Source of the DNA: an uncultured Planctomycetota bacterium
GTDB lineage: Bacteria > Planctomycetota > Planctomycetia > Isosphaerales > Isosphaeraceae
Reading direction: 5' to 3'
NCBI GenBank assembly: GCA_963823665.1
Contig: CAWGMQ010000004.1
Coordinates: forward strand, 1,440,001 to 1,504,000
DNA: 64,000 nucleotides
Under the pieces are notes generated by a model. That model saw nothing but the letters and a program-made list of their open reading frames with translations, had not been told where the DNA came from and made no database searches. Shown here piece by piece: positions 10,951-19,782 of the stretch. Position 1 is the stretch's first letter. The number at the start of each line of letters is the position of its first letter. The position numbers and the translations under genes are program-made.

Positions 10951-11499
10951 ATGGACTCGAGATCCGCATTGGACGCACGCGGAATTGCGCTTGCCCTGGC
11001 AACGATATGCTCGCTCTGCCACTGCGGGTGCGCCACCGTTGCGCCAAAGGTTGAACATACCAGCGTGCCTGCCGGTGGATTCAGCGGGGGACGGGCCATT
11101 CAAGATTTCCCGCGCGATCCGACCGCCGTCAGCATCGCCGTCGCCGAATCGCTCGAAGACCTGAAGATGTCCGACATCAGGCGCTCGCGCGACGGGACCG
11201 TCGTCAAGCTCGAAGCCACGACGGAGGACAACCGCTCCGTACTGGTAACCGTGCGCCCGCACCAGGATCAATCACGCGTCGGCTGCCGCGTCGGGTGGTT
11301 CGGCGACGAGCCACTGTCCAAGGCCGTCATGGAGCGAATCGGAATCCGCCTGGAACTCCTTCCCCCGGCCCCGATCCCCGACAAACCCCCCAGCTCCCCA
11401 GCACCAAATCCCTTCCTGCTCCGCGACGAGGCTTCCAAGGAGAACTGGATCCGCGACATGATCGAGGCCCCATACCGCGATCGCTCGGGTGGTCCGTAA
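10951..11499 (+). CDS. Lipoprotein, DUF3568-like
   Basis: Lipobox-like CGC after a hydrophobic stretch. Motifs AVAESLEDL and SRVGCRVGWFGDEPLS. Confidence 0.6.
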   Translation: MDSRSALDARGIALALATICSLCHCGCATVAPKVEHTSVPAGGFSGGRAIQDFPRDPTAVSIAVAESLEDLKMSDIRRSRDGTVVKLEATTEDNRSVLVTVRPHQDQSRVGCRVGWFGDEPLSKAVMERIGIRLELLPPAPIPDKPPSSPAPNPFLLRDEASKENWIRDMIEAPYRDRSGGP

Positions 11500-11540
11500 A
11501 CTCCCCCGCTCGCCGAAACCTCCGCACGGCTCACTCTGCC

Positions 11541-11568
11541 AAGGCGCCTTCGTGGCGCCTTTCTGTTT
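11541..11568 (+). terminator. Rho-independent terminator after the DUF3568-like gene
   Basis: AAGGCGCC-ttcgt-GGCGCCTT followed by TCTGTTT. Confidence 0.65.
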
Positions 11569-11880
11569 AGTTTGGCCAATCGCGGCCCGCGGCGATTCGA
11601 GCATCCATGTCGAATCGGACCGCGGACCGTGAGGCCAGATGGTGAGGAAACGGGTCCACGCAAGCGCAGACTCGCCCCACCAGCAACAAGACCCAACCAC
11701 GCCTCGGCATCCCTGCCGCCTGGAATAGGGCCTCTCATTTTTCGATTGATTGACCGGACCAGCGTGAACTCGTAGCCCGGCGGCGATCAGACGGAGAGTG
11801 ATTATCGAATCAAGCTAGAATCAAGGTGCCTCATGAACATTTGTGCGAACATCTGGCGTTCGCGTCGATTGTCGTGTGAC

Positions 11881-11909
11881 AAAATACGACGATTTCCTGC
11901 GGCAGTCAA
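11881..11909 (-). promoter_or_regulatory. Orphan sigma70-type promoter pointing into a region with no convincing CDS
   Basis: Minus strand TTGACT(11909-11904)-N17-TATTTT(11886-11881), with an A-tract (UP-like) upstream. Confidence 0.45.
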
Positions 11910-12224
11910 CCCACTCTGAAGTTTTTTTTGGAATTCGTCCGTCGAGTATCCGATCTGGTCGAGTGGATCGCTGGTCACCTCGAGCCCCGCAGTAATCCGG
12001 AACGGCCCCTTGGTGCGCGCCCGCACGTTCGCCAGGCCAGAATCGCGGCGCGGGTCCGGCGATCGATTGCGTTTCGCCGACCGTCAATGGCAGACTCAAG
12101 CCCGCGGCCGCTTTCGCCGCTGCCTGCGCGGGCTCTCCTCGAGAGCGCATCCCAGCCGGCGGCGAGTCGCCATAGTAGACGTCTAGCTTCTGTGCTGTGG
12201 TTATCCTCAACCGAGGTTTCGTTG

Positions 12225-13352
12225 ATGCCTGAGCCTCAAGCGCCACGGCGCATCGTCTCGCTGGACCAGTTTCGCGGCTACACCGTCGTGGGGATGCTGT
12301 TCGTGAATTTCCTGGGCGGCTATTCCGTCGTCCCGGCGGTCTTCAAGCATCACAACACCTATTGCAGCTATGCCGACACCATCATGCCCCAGTTCTTCTT
12401 CGCGGTGGGGTTCGCTTTCCGGATGACGTTCCTGCGCCGCCTCGCAACGAGTGGCGCGTGGGCCGCCATCCGCGCCACACTCGACCGCGCGCTGGCGCTC
12501 GTCCTCCTCGGCTTCGTCATCTACCACTTGGACGGCGCTGTCAAGCACTGGGCAGAGCTCCAGGAGCTCGGCCTTTCGGGGTTGGTGGCGAAGGCCTTCC
12601 AGCGCGAGCTATTTCAGACCCTGGTGCACATCGCCGTCACCTCGGTCTGGATCTTGCCGGTGATCGCCGGCGGGGCCGGCATCCGCGTGGCCTTCCTGAT
12701 CGCGTCGGCGGGCTTGCATCTCTGGCTTTCGTCGCGGTTCTATCTCGACTGGGCGTGGAACGCCCCTGTCATCGACGGTGGTCCGCTCGGTTTCTTGACG
12801 TGGTCGATTCCGACGCTCGTCGGCTCATTCGCTTACGACGCCGTGGCGCAGAGCACCGATTCCGCCAAGACGCTCGCCAGGCTCGCCCGCTCGTCGGTGC
12901 TGCTCATGCTGCTGGGCTACGCCCTCTCCTGCGGCGGTGGTTTCCTGGCGGCTCCGCCGTTTGTCGATCCTGGGATCAAGATTCCCGGGCTCTGGACGAT
13001 GAGCCAGCGCACCGGGAGTGTTTCTTATCTGACGTTCGCCGCCGGTTTCTCGCTGGCGGTCTACGCTCTGTGCTTCGAGCTTTGTGATCGCCGGGGATGG
13101 CAGACCGCTCTGTTCGGCATCTTTGGCCAGAACGCCCTGGTTGCGTATGTGATCCACCCGCTCGTGTCTGACGCCGTGAAGCCCTACTTGCCGAACGACA
13201 GCCCGTTCTGGTACCTGGCGATTGGATTCAGCGTCTATTTCGCGATCTGCGTCGCGTTCAACGCATACCTCGACCCGACACAGGCTGTTCGTCCGGCTCT
13301 AGAGCGGCGGCTCAAGTGGGAAACTCGTTGCCGTGGGGAGTCACCTGCTTGA
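12225..13352 (+). CDS. Heparan-alpha-glucosaminide N-acetyltransferase-like (DUF5009/DUF1624-type) membrane acyltransferase; true stop probably about 13301 (indel near 13275)
   Basis: RIVSLDQFRGYTVVGMLFVN, SYADTIMPQFFFAVG and GQNALVAYVIH motifs, with multiple TM helices. Removing one C gives the C-terminus LDRHRLFVRL*. Confidence 0.8.
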   Translation: MPEPQAPRRIVSLDQFRGYTVVGMLFVNFLGGYSVVPAVFKHHNTYCSYADTIMPQFFFAVGFAFRMTFLRRLATSGAWAAIRATLDRALALVLLGFVIYHLDGAVKHWAELQELGLSGLVAKAFQRELFQTLVHIAVTSVWILPVIAGGAGIRVAFLIASAGLHLWLSSRFYLDWAWNAPVIDGGPLGFLTWSIPTLVGSFAYDAVAQSTDSAKTLARLARSSVLLMLLGYALSCGGGFLAAPPFVDPGIKIPGLWTMSQRTGSVSYLTFAAGFSLAVYALCFELCDRRGWQTALFGIFGQNALVAYVIHPLVSDAVKPYLPNDSPFWYLAIGFSVYFAICVAFNAYLDPTQAVRPALERRLKWETRCRGESPA

Positions 13353-14214
13353 GATTCGGCTCGATGTTGGCTTCGGCGCGGCCGGATGCCCAGGCGAGCG
13401 CACCCAGCAGCAGTGCCTGGTACATGGGATTGGACCAGACCTCTTCGCGGTGGCCCATCGAGGTGTAGAAGACGCGGCCCTTCCCGTACGCCCGCGCCCA
13501 GGTCATCGGGAAGTTGGGCCGTTGGTACATTTTGCCCGTCATCCCCTCGGTCACTTGATACAGAATGACGTGCAGATCGTCGGGCATGTGTTTGAGCGCA
13601 TACCATTCGTCCTTGATCGTGAACGATTTTCCTTCCTTGCCGAACCCGGCGGCGATCCCCGGAAACTCGGAATCGGCGATCGCGATCTTGCAGTCCTGCT
13701 GGTTGCCGTGGGTGATGAACTCGCCGCCGATCATCTGGATATAGGAATCATCGGCTCCCTTGTTACGAGGTGCGAAGTGGCCGAAAGTGTCGGCAGCGCA
13801 GTGCATGCCCATGAAGCCCTTGCCACCTCGGATGGCCTCATAGAAGGCCTTTTCTCCATCGGGAGAGATCGGGGGGTTCTTGTCCTGGCCGGGAGCAGTC
13901 AGGTCGCCGGTGGTCTCAAAAACGAAGACGTCCCACTGGCCGATCTGGTCGGGCTCGAACAGCCGGCCGTCCTTCGATACAACGACCTCGCACCCATTGT
14001 CCTTGCCAATGTCGGTCAGGATCTTCCCGGCGTGCGAAAGTTTGCCACCCTTCTGGGCGATCACCGAGTGCTCGAAACCTGAGCTCTTGGTGAAAAAGAG
14101 CACCTTCTTCGTCTCTCCTTTGGGTGGGGCCATGGCGCGAGCCAGGGACGGGCCACCCAGCCACGCTGCGGCACCGGCGAGCAACAAATCACGACGATTC
14201 AGGTCGGGCGACAT
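13312..14214 (-). CDS. ThuA domain protein with Tat signal
   Basis: LNRRDLL twin-arginine signal, KVLFFTKSSGFEHS, GKGFMGMHCAADT, YGKGRVFYTSMGH. Confidence 0.9.
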   Translation of the reverse strand: MSPDLNRRDLLLAGAAAWLGGPSLARAMAPPKGETKKVLFFTKSSGFEHSVIAQKGGKLSHAGKILTDIGKDNGCEVVVSKDGRLFEPDQIGQWDVFVFETTGDLTAPGQDKNPPISPDGEKAFYEAIRGGKGFMGMHCAADTFGHFAPRNKGADDSYIQMIGGEFITHGNQQDCKIAIADSEFPGIAAGFGKEGKSFTIKDEWYALKHMPDDLHVILYQVTEGMTGKMYQRPNFPMTWARAYGKGRVFYTSMGHREEVWSNPMYQALLLGALAWASGRAEANIEPNLKQVTPHGNEFPT

Positions 14215-14467
14215 TGAGATTGCCTCCTGGGCTGGTTCGAGTGGGGGGGATGGTTCCAAGGATGTTTGACACCCGTTCTTTTACCCGAGCCGGCGGGCGA
14301 AAGGAATCGGGCAGGCAACCCGGCGATCGTGATCCGGCTCAAAACAGCATCTCCGCGTGCCGTGGTAGACGCGCAGTAGAAAACCCTTCTTCACCTGGGA
14401 CTTCTTTCGTTATGCTAGAGTCAGAAACTCGGGAGCGGGCTGATGGACTTCGAGTGGGATTTCGAGG

Positions 14468-14710
14468 ATGGCAACTTCCCCTGACGACCCTGAAACCGTT
14501 GACGACCTTGAACCCGAATACGATTTCCGTTCGCTAAGAGGCATCGCGCGCGGCAAGTATGCTGCCCGCTACCAAGAGCGGTTGCGCTTGGTTCGGCTCG
14601 CGGCGGACGTGTCGGGGGCATTCGCGGATGAGGCGGCGGTGAACGACGCGTTGCGCCAGTACCTGACCTGGCGCAAAGATCGTCAATCGGTTGGCCCCTC
14701 TTCTGCATGA
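14468..14710 (+). CDS. BrnA/CopG-like antitoxin-type small protein, no adjacent toxin
   Basis: DDLEPEYDF...RGKYAARY...VRLAADVSGAF...AVNDALRQY resembles proteins usually found after BrnT toxins. Confidence 0.6.
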   Translation: MATSPDDPETVDDLEPEYDFRSLRGIARGKYAARYQERLRLVRLAADVSGAFADEAAVNDALRQYLTWRKDRQSVGPSSA

Positions 14711-14757
14711 ACTCCGCGGTCGGGTCATCGAATCTGGCCGAATGCGCAAAGGGGAGT

Positions 14758-15066
14758 ATGAAAATCGCATCTGTGGCGGAAATCAAGTCGCAGTTCAGCT
14801 CCTTCCTTAAGGCAAGCGAGAATGGCCCGGTCGTGGTCACGCGGAACGGCAAGCCGGTTGCGGTCATCGTGGGCGTCGCCGACGAGGATGAGATCGAGCG
14901 GCTGCTGATGGCGTATTCGCCGCGTCTTCAAGCCATGTTGGAAGAATCACGCAAACAAATTCGCGCGGGAGACGTGCTCGGTCATGAGGATTTCTGGGCG
15001 GCGGTCGAAGCGTCCAGAGGTTCGAAGCAGCGCACCAGAAAGCGAAAAGCTGGAACTCGCGCATAG
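14758..15066 (+). CDS. Phd/YefM family antitoxin, no adjacent toxin
   Basis: MKIASVAEIKSQFSSFL...GPVVVTRNGKPVAVIV. GGGGAG SD before the ATG. Confidence 0.9.
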   Translation: MKIASVAEIKSQFSSFLKASENGPVVVTRNGKPVAVIVGVADEDEIERLLMAYSPRLQAMLEESRKQIRAGDVLGHEDFWAAVEASRGSKQRTRKRKAGTRA

Positions 15067-15084
15067 CCGAGGGCGGCTTTCCGC

Positions 15085-15113
15085 TTGCGGACTCGCGGCA
15101 ACGCGAGTAATGT
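15085..15113 (+). promoter_or_regulatory. Candidate sigma70 promoter whose spacer is an inverted repeat
   Basis: TTGCGG-N17-TAATGT. The spacer contains ACTCGCG-gcaa-CGCGAGT (15091-15108). Confidence 0.4.
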
Positions 15114-15264
15114 AACGAAACTGCGCCTCCTGGACCAAAGGCGCAGCAGGAACTCACGCAAGCGGTGCCCTGCGAACCCAGAGGTTACTGCACGGAACGG
15201 ACACCCGGCACGGACGCTTTTTGCAGACTTTGGCGTCCAGCCATTGGTTGGGGACGCGACCAGG

Positions 15265-15573
15265 ATGTCTCAACTCGCTTCGGAACCAGAAACCGCGGAT
15301 CAATCCCAGCTTTCCAAGCTGTGTGTCGCAATCCGCGGCAAGCTCCAGTTCATGGATTATCTGATCCGAGCCGCCTTGGCCGATGCCGAGCGGTACCGGG
15401 CGGAAACCGACCCCGGCACGCGCATCTTTATCAGGCAGTTGGTCGAGATGCACGCGGCCAACCTGCGGATCGAAAGCCAGAACATGCGTTTGGTCGGGGA
15501 CGTGTGCGAGGCTCTCGAGGCGATTGTCGACGCCTCGGCAGATAGGCCTGAGGATGAGGGAGATCTGCCATGA
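15265..15573 (+). CDS. Hypothetical helical protein A (paralogue of the next gene)
   Basis: About 102 aa, GC-typical codon usage, ATGA overlap with the next gene, and a shared I[RK]GxxQFxxYL motif. Confidence 0.75.
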   Translation: MSQLASEPETADQSQLSKLCVAIRGKLQFMDYLIRAALADAERYRAETDPGTRIFIRQLVEMHAANLRIESQNMRLVGDVCEALEAIVDASADRPEDEGDLP

Positions 15574-15941
15574 GCACTGCAAAGAACGGAATGCTCCAGG
15601 CAACCGGACCGCGCGACGATGGCGATTCCGCCTCCCCGGCCGACGAACATGTTGACCGGCTCTCTGCAATCCGAGCGAGCTCTCCCGCCACGGCGGCGCT
15701 CCAGCGGTCACTCGCCGACATCAAGGGACAGGCCCAGTTCCTGCTCTATCTGGCCGATCAAATCGAAGATTCGCTCGAACAGCTCCAGAGCGAGGCTGAC
15801 GCCTGCCACAGCTCGTTCTTGTGCAAGGTTCTGGGGATGTACTCGGGGCAGCTTGAAAGCAAGCACCAGGGCCTTGGCGAAAAGATCGCCGAAGCATGCC
15901 AGGAAGTGTACGTCACCGTCCGGGAACGCGAGCTGGTCTGA
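15570..15941 (+). CDS. Hypothetical helical protein B (paralogue of the previous gene)
   Basis: 123 aa, GAGGGAG SD, shares IKGQAQFLLYL...E-D...F...M...L register with protein A. Confidence 0.75.
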   Translation: MSTAKNGMLQATGPRDDGDSASPADEHVDRLSAIRASSPATAALQRSLADIKGQAQFLLYLADQIEDSLEQLQSEADACHSSFLCKVLGMYSGQLESKHQGLGEKIAEACQEVYVTVRERELV

Positions 15942-16815
15942 GCCAGACGCAGATTCGAGGCGTCCCCGAACGTGGCCGAGGCGCCATTCCTCCCTCTCCC
16001 ACCGGGAGAGGGTCGGGGTGACGGTCCCCTCCCATCCGCGGAAGTTGTGCCGAAAGCGTGTTGCTCACTTGCGCCGAACAGCGCGAAACGGCGAGCTGGA
16101 GCAAAATCCAAAGCGCTGACACCGCCTCGCGCATGTTGATCTTCGAGCTTCCCGCGCGGCGGTTCTCGAACAAGATCGGGGTCTCGCCGATCCTGCAGCC
16201 GACCGTCTGACACCAGTACAGAATCTCTTCCTGGAACGAATACCCGCGCGAACGCACACGGCTGAAGTCGATCTCGGCGAGCTTGCTGACGCGATAGCAG
16301 CGAAACGCGCCGCTGTTGTCCTTGCTGGTGAGGCCGAGCAAGAGCCGGGCATAGAGGTTGATTCCGCCGCTCATGAGCCGGCGTTTGAGCGTGAAGCCCC
16401 CCTCGACCCCCCCGCCGGGAACGTAGCGGGAGCCGATCATGACGTCGTGGTCTGCCATCCCCCGGATCAAATCGGGGATGAATCGCGGCGGATGGCTGAA
16501 ATCGGCGTCGAGGTTGAGCAGATAGTCGTACTTGTGCTCGATCGCGAAAGTCATGGCGGCCAGCGTCGCCGTCCCCAAGCCGAGCTTTCCGGCGCGATGA
16601 AGCACGTGGATCTCGCTCAAGGATCCGCGCAGGTCGTCCGCGATCTGGCCCGTGCCGTCCGGAGAGTTGTCGTCGATGATCAGGATGGAAGACACCGGTG
16701 CAAACTGCCGGATGGTTTCCACCAGCGGCCGCAGATTGCCCGCTTCGTTGTACGTCGCCAGCGAAATCAGAAGCCGGCCGGCCTCCGGTGATGCAGTCGC
16801 GGATGAGTCGGACAC
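15913..16815 (-). CDS. Polyprenol monophosphomannose synthase (GT2, Ppm1/DPM1-like); true stop probably 16065 (3' indel)
   Basis: SLATYNEAGNL, IIDDNSPDGT, LNLDADFSHPP, GSRYVPGG, RGYSFQEE, FENRRAGSSK. Confidence 0.9.
   Translation of the reverse strand: MSDSSATASPEAGRLLISLATYNEAGNLRPLVETIRQFAPVSSILIIDDNSPDGTGQIADDLRGSLSEIHVLHRAGKLGLGTATLAAMTFAIEHKYDYLLNLDADFSHPPRFIPDLIRGMADHDVMIGSRYVPGGGVEGGFTLKRRLMSGGINLYARLLLGLTSKDNSGAFRCYRVSKLAEIDFSRVRSRGYSFQEEILYWCQTVGCRIGETPILFENRRAGSSKINMREAVSALWILLQLAVSRCSAQVSNTLSAQLPRMGGDRHPDPLPVGEGGMAPRPRSGTPRICVWLRPARVPGR
15985..16037. repeat. REP-like palindromic element (CCCTCTCCC...GGGAGAGGG type) between convergent genes
   Basis: TCCCTCTCCC-acc-GGGAGAGGG-tcggggtga. 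Only one copy seen in this window. Confidence 0.55.
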
Positions 16816-17157
16816 AGTCGGGTCAACCTCGACGCGAGCGGTTGTTGAAAAGCAGGTGCCGCCGCCGGAAGCTCCTGCTCCAAAACGTCTTGCGAACGTC
16901 TGGACCAGGTCGACCGCGGTCGCCGTACCTCCCGGGAAGAAGAACGGCTGGGAGCACCAAGATCTGCGTCAGCGACACCTGCTCGTCAGTGAAAATAAAA
17001 CGTTCCCCGCACGCCGCACAGCGCCGTGGCAAGGCCGTTAAGAGACCATTCGACGCCGGAACGGCAATTTCATCAGTCGTTTCCTCAAGTTTTGTTCTTC
17101 GCGGATCCGTGCGGCGTGCCTGCGCCGATTCGGCAGGCGGAACGAATCGCTTTGCGG

Positions 17158-18480
17158 CTATTTCGACTGGCGGAACCGCGTGAAGAGCTGGCTGTACGGG
17201 GCGAATTCGTGCTGGCCTTCGGCTCGGATGCCTCCCGACGCGTTGGCACCGGCGGAAGATTGTCCTGACGCCGCTGGTTCCACTCGTTCGTCCAGCTCAA
17301 CCGCATTACCGGTAGATATGTCCTGAGTATCCATGGCAGACTCACCGTTCGTCAACCAGGCCTCACGCTCCGAAACTGCCTGAAGCGCGGCGTAACGGTC
17401 TTCGATCAACTCTTCGGAGGGCGGTGAATCGTGCGAACTGAAGCTTGTGGCCTCGCTCGGCGCCGTTTCCAGGGAGGAGAGCTCATCCTCCAGGTCACCT
17501 TCCCAGCCCACCTCGACCAAGCCCTCCTCATCGCGAATCGGGGGTTTCGAGGGGACCAGCGCCGGAGTCTCGGCTCGGCCCGGACCCCTCGCGGTGGACC
17601 GAGTCGATCGGTTCTCCTCTTTCACCACTTCATGAGCTAGATCCGGGCGCGCCTCGGCATGGAGATCGTCTCGGAAGGTGGCGCCAATCACGCCGCCCTG
17701 CTCGATGCTGCGGAGACTCCGCCCCTCGCCGAAACACAAGGCTGCCTCTGGATTCCTTCGCCGCGTTCGGGCCGACAGCTCTGCGAGCCGCAGGAGCATC
17801 GCCGGGTTGCCGCGTGAGTTGCGGTGCAGCTCCTCGAGCAGGCGTTCGTCCGCCGGCCTGATCGAACCGGCGGCCTCGAGTAACTCGCGTGCTTCGTCGA
17901 GATCAATGGGCTGGAGATGGACGTGCGCCGAGATCTGAGCCGCGAGGCCGATCGAGCTCCCGCGCCGGACGAGCGTTCGCGGCAGATCAGTCGCGCCGAC
18001 GATGAAAAGCGTGGCAAATCCCCGCGGCCTTCCCAGTTGATTCGCGATGGCCTGCACCTCGTCCCAAACCGCCGAGCGGCCACGATGCGCCTCATTGATT
18101 ACGAGGAGCCAGCGGCGACCCTCGGTGAATTCGTCGGCCAGCGCATCCTGGATGCGAATTCGCGCCTTGCCCAGTCGATTGCTCGCCGAGACGCCGAGCG
18201 GATGGGCTGCCAGGCGAAGGAATTCGATGGCGTTCATCTCCGAGGCCAGATCAACGTTCGCGATGCGCCAGAGCGCGTCGGTTCCTGCTGCAAACCCGCG
18301 GATCAACGCCGTCTTGCCGGCGCCCGGCTCGCCGCTGATGAGAACGGGGCGGGGCGGTGTTGCGCACGCCGCCGATCGCAGGGATGCGAGGGCCTCTCGG
18401 CGGCTGGCGACCAAGTGGATGCAGTCATCCCCCTTTGCGGGTGTGCCATGCTGGGTCGATCCGTCGTAATCAGACTGCAT
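17158..18480 (-). CDS. ExeA/GspA-like AAA ATPase with acidic low-complexity C-terminus
   Basis: Walker A GEPGAGKT, Walker B-like LLVINEAH, SRGNP sensor-like motif. Confidence 0.75.
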   Translation of the reverse strand: MQSDYDGSTQHGTPAKGDDCIHLVASRREALASLRSAACATPPRPVLISGEPGAGKTALIRGFAAGTDALWRIANVDLASEMNAIEFLRLAAHPLGVSASNRLGKARIRIQDALADEFTEGRRWLLVINEAHRGRSAVWDEVQAIANQLGRPRGFATLFIVGATDLPRTLVRRGSSIGLAAQISAHVHLQPIDLDEARELLEAAGSIRPADERLLEELHRNSRGNPAMLLRLAELSARTRRRNPEAALCFGEGRSLRSIEQGGVIGATFRDDLHAEARPDLAHEVVKEENRSTRSTARGPGRAETPALVPSKPPIRDEEGLVEVGWEGDLEDELSSLETAPSEATSFSSHDSPPSEELIEDRYAALQAVSEREAWLTNGESAMDTQDISTGNAVELDERVEPAASGQSSAGANASGGIRAEGQHEFAPYSQLFTRFRQSK

Positions 18481-18797
18481 CGCCCGGCCGGCTCCCTTCT
18501 ATTCCCTCAACCGTCACATCATGCCCTGGCGGACCGTACGGTGTGAAAAGCCGCGTGCATCGCTGCGTCCCGCTACCAATTCATCGGTGGCGGAAGCACC
18601 GGTCTTGAGCGCAGCGTCCAACAAGAAACTCGCCCCTCGACATCTGGTGACGACGCCGGAAGTTCTCAGAAGCTTCGGCTTTTGGTAAGATAATGTGATG
18701 TGGTTGATGTCGAAGCGATGGGTCTCTGACGCGATGCGGAACCGCTGGGCGAGGCAATCTGAGCCGTCCGTTCGACCTGACCGGTTCGGAGGGGGTC

Positions 18798-19695
18798 TTG
18801 GCGACTGAGATCAATGCGATCAGCGACGATCGAATTGGCGATTATCGCTATATCCGCACCATCCATCCCGGTGCAACGTCCGTTGTCATGGAAGTCCTGA
18901 AAGAGGGCACACAGAAACGGTTCGCCCTCAAACAACTGCTCGCCTCGCGCGCCGAAGAAAGAGAAGACTATAAGGCATTCATGCATGAAGCCAAGCTTGG
19001 AATGGAGCTTCGGCATGCGAACCTGATCCGGGTCTATCGAGTTCGTCAAGGATCAATTTCAGCCTTTTTTTGTGATGGAGCTTTTTACCGGCCATCATCT
19101 CAAGATGCCGATCGCCCGGCCGAGCATTTACCCGCTGCCGAAGAAGAATCTGCACCGGATCATCCAGCAGGCGGGTTCAGCTCTCGCATACATGCATGAT
19201 CGTGGCTGGGTGCATCGTGACGTCAAGCCTGAGAACATCTTGTACAACAAGTCTGGTGAGGTTCGCGTGATCGACTATGCGCTGGCAAGGCGCCAGGCGG
19301 TCGGCCTGATGAAGATGTTCGAGGGGCGGATCCCGCGGCAGGGAACGAAGACGTACATGTCGCCTGAACAGATCCGGTGCGATTCGCCGACTCCGCTCGC
19401 GGATATTTACAGCTTCGGAATCACTTGCTATGAATTAGCTTGCAGCCGGCCGCCGTTTCGCGCGAATTCGTCGCAGGAGCTTCTGGAAAAGCACCTGGGC
19501 GAGCGACCGCTTCCGCTGGTGAACCATAACAAGATGGTGACGCCCGAATACAATGAAATGGTCCTGAAGATGATCTGCAAGAAGCCCGAAGATCGGTATG
19601 CGAGCATCCACGAGATGTTGAGCCGGTTCCGGACGATCCGGATCTTTCAGGACGACCCCGACCCACTCGCGGAACGCGACGGCGCGATGATGTAA
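18798..19695 (+). CDS. Cytoplasmic Hanks-type Ser/Thr protein kinase; indel at about 19038
   Basis: FALKQL, HEAKLGMELRHANLIRV, then FFVMELF, VHRDVKPENIL, VIDYALA, GTKTYMSPEQ, DIYSFG. Confidence 0.9.
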
Positions 19696-19782
19696 GAACG
19701 CGGCCTGCCTTTTTCCTTGCGTGCGAGCGTGTTGCGCAGCGCTTCCTTTCCCAACTCAAAAGCCAATTCGAGATGCCAACGC

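Noticed and set aside
14482..14516. Imperfect 18-nt tandem repeat TGACGACC(C/T)TGAA(A/C)CCG
   Set aside because: Only two copies inside a coding region (DDPETV/DDLEPE). Not a CRISPR or iteron array.
15205..15225. Sigma54-like GGCAC...TTGC upstream of the paralogue pair
   Set aside because: The GG-to-GC spacing does not fit the strict -24/-12 geometry.
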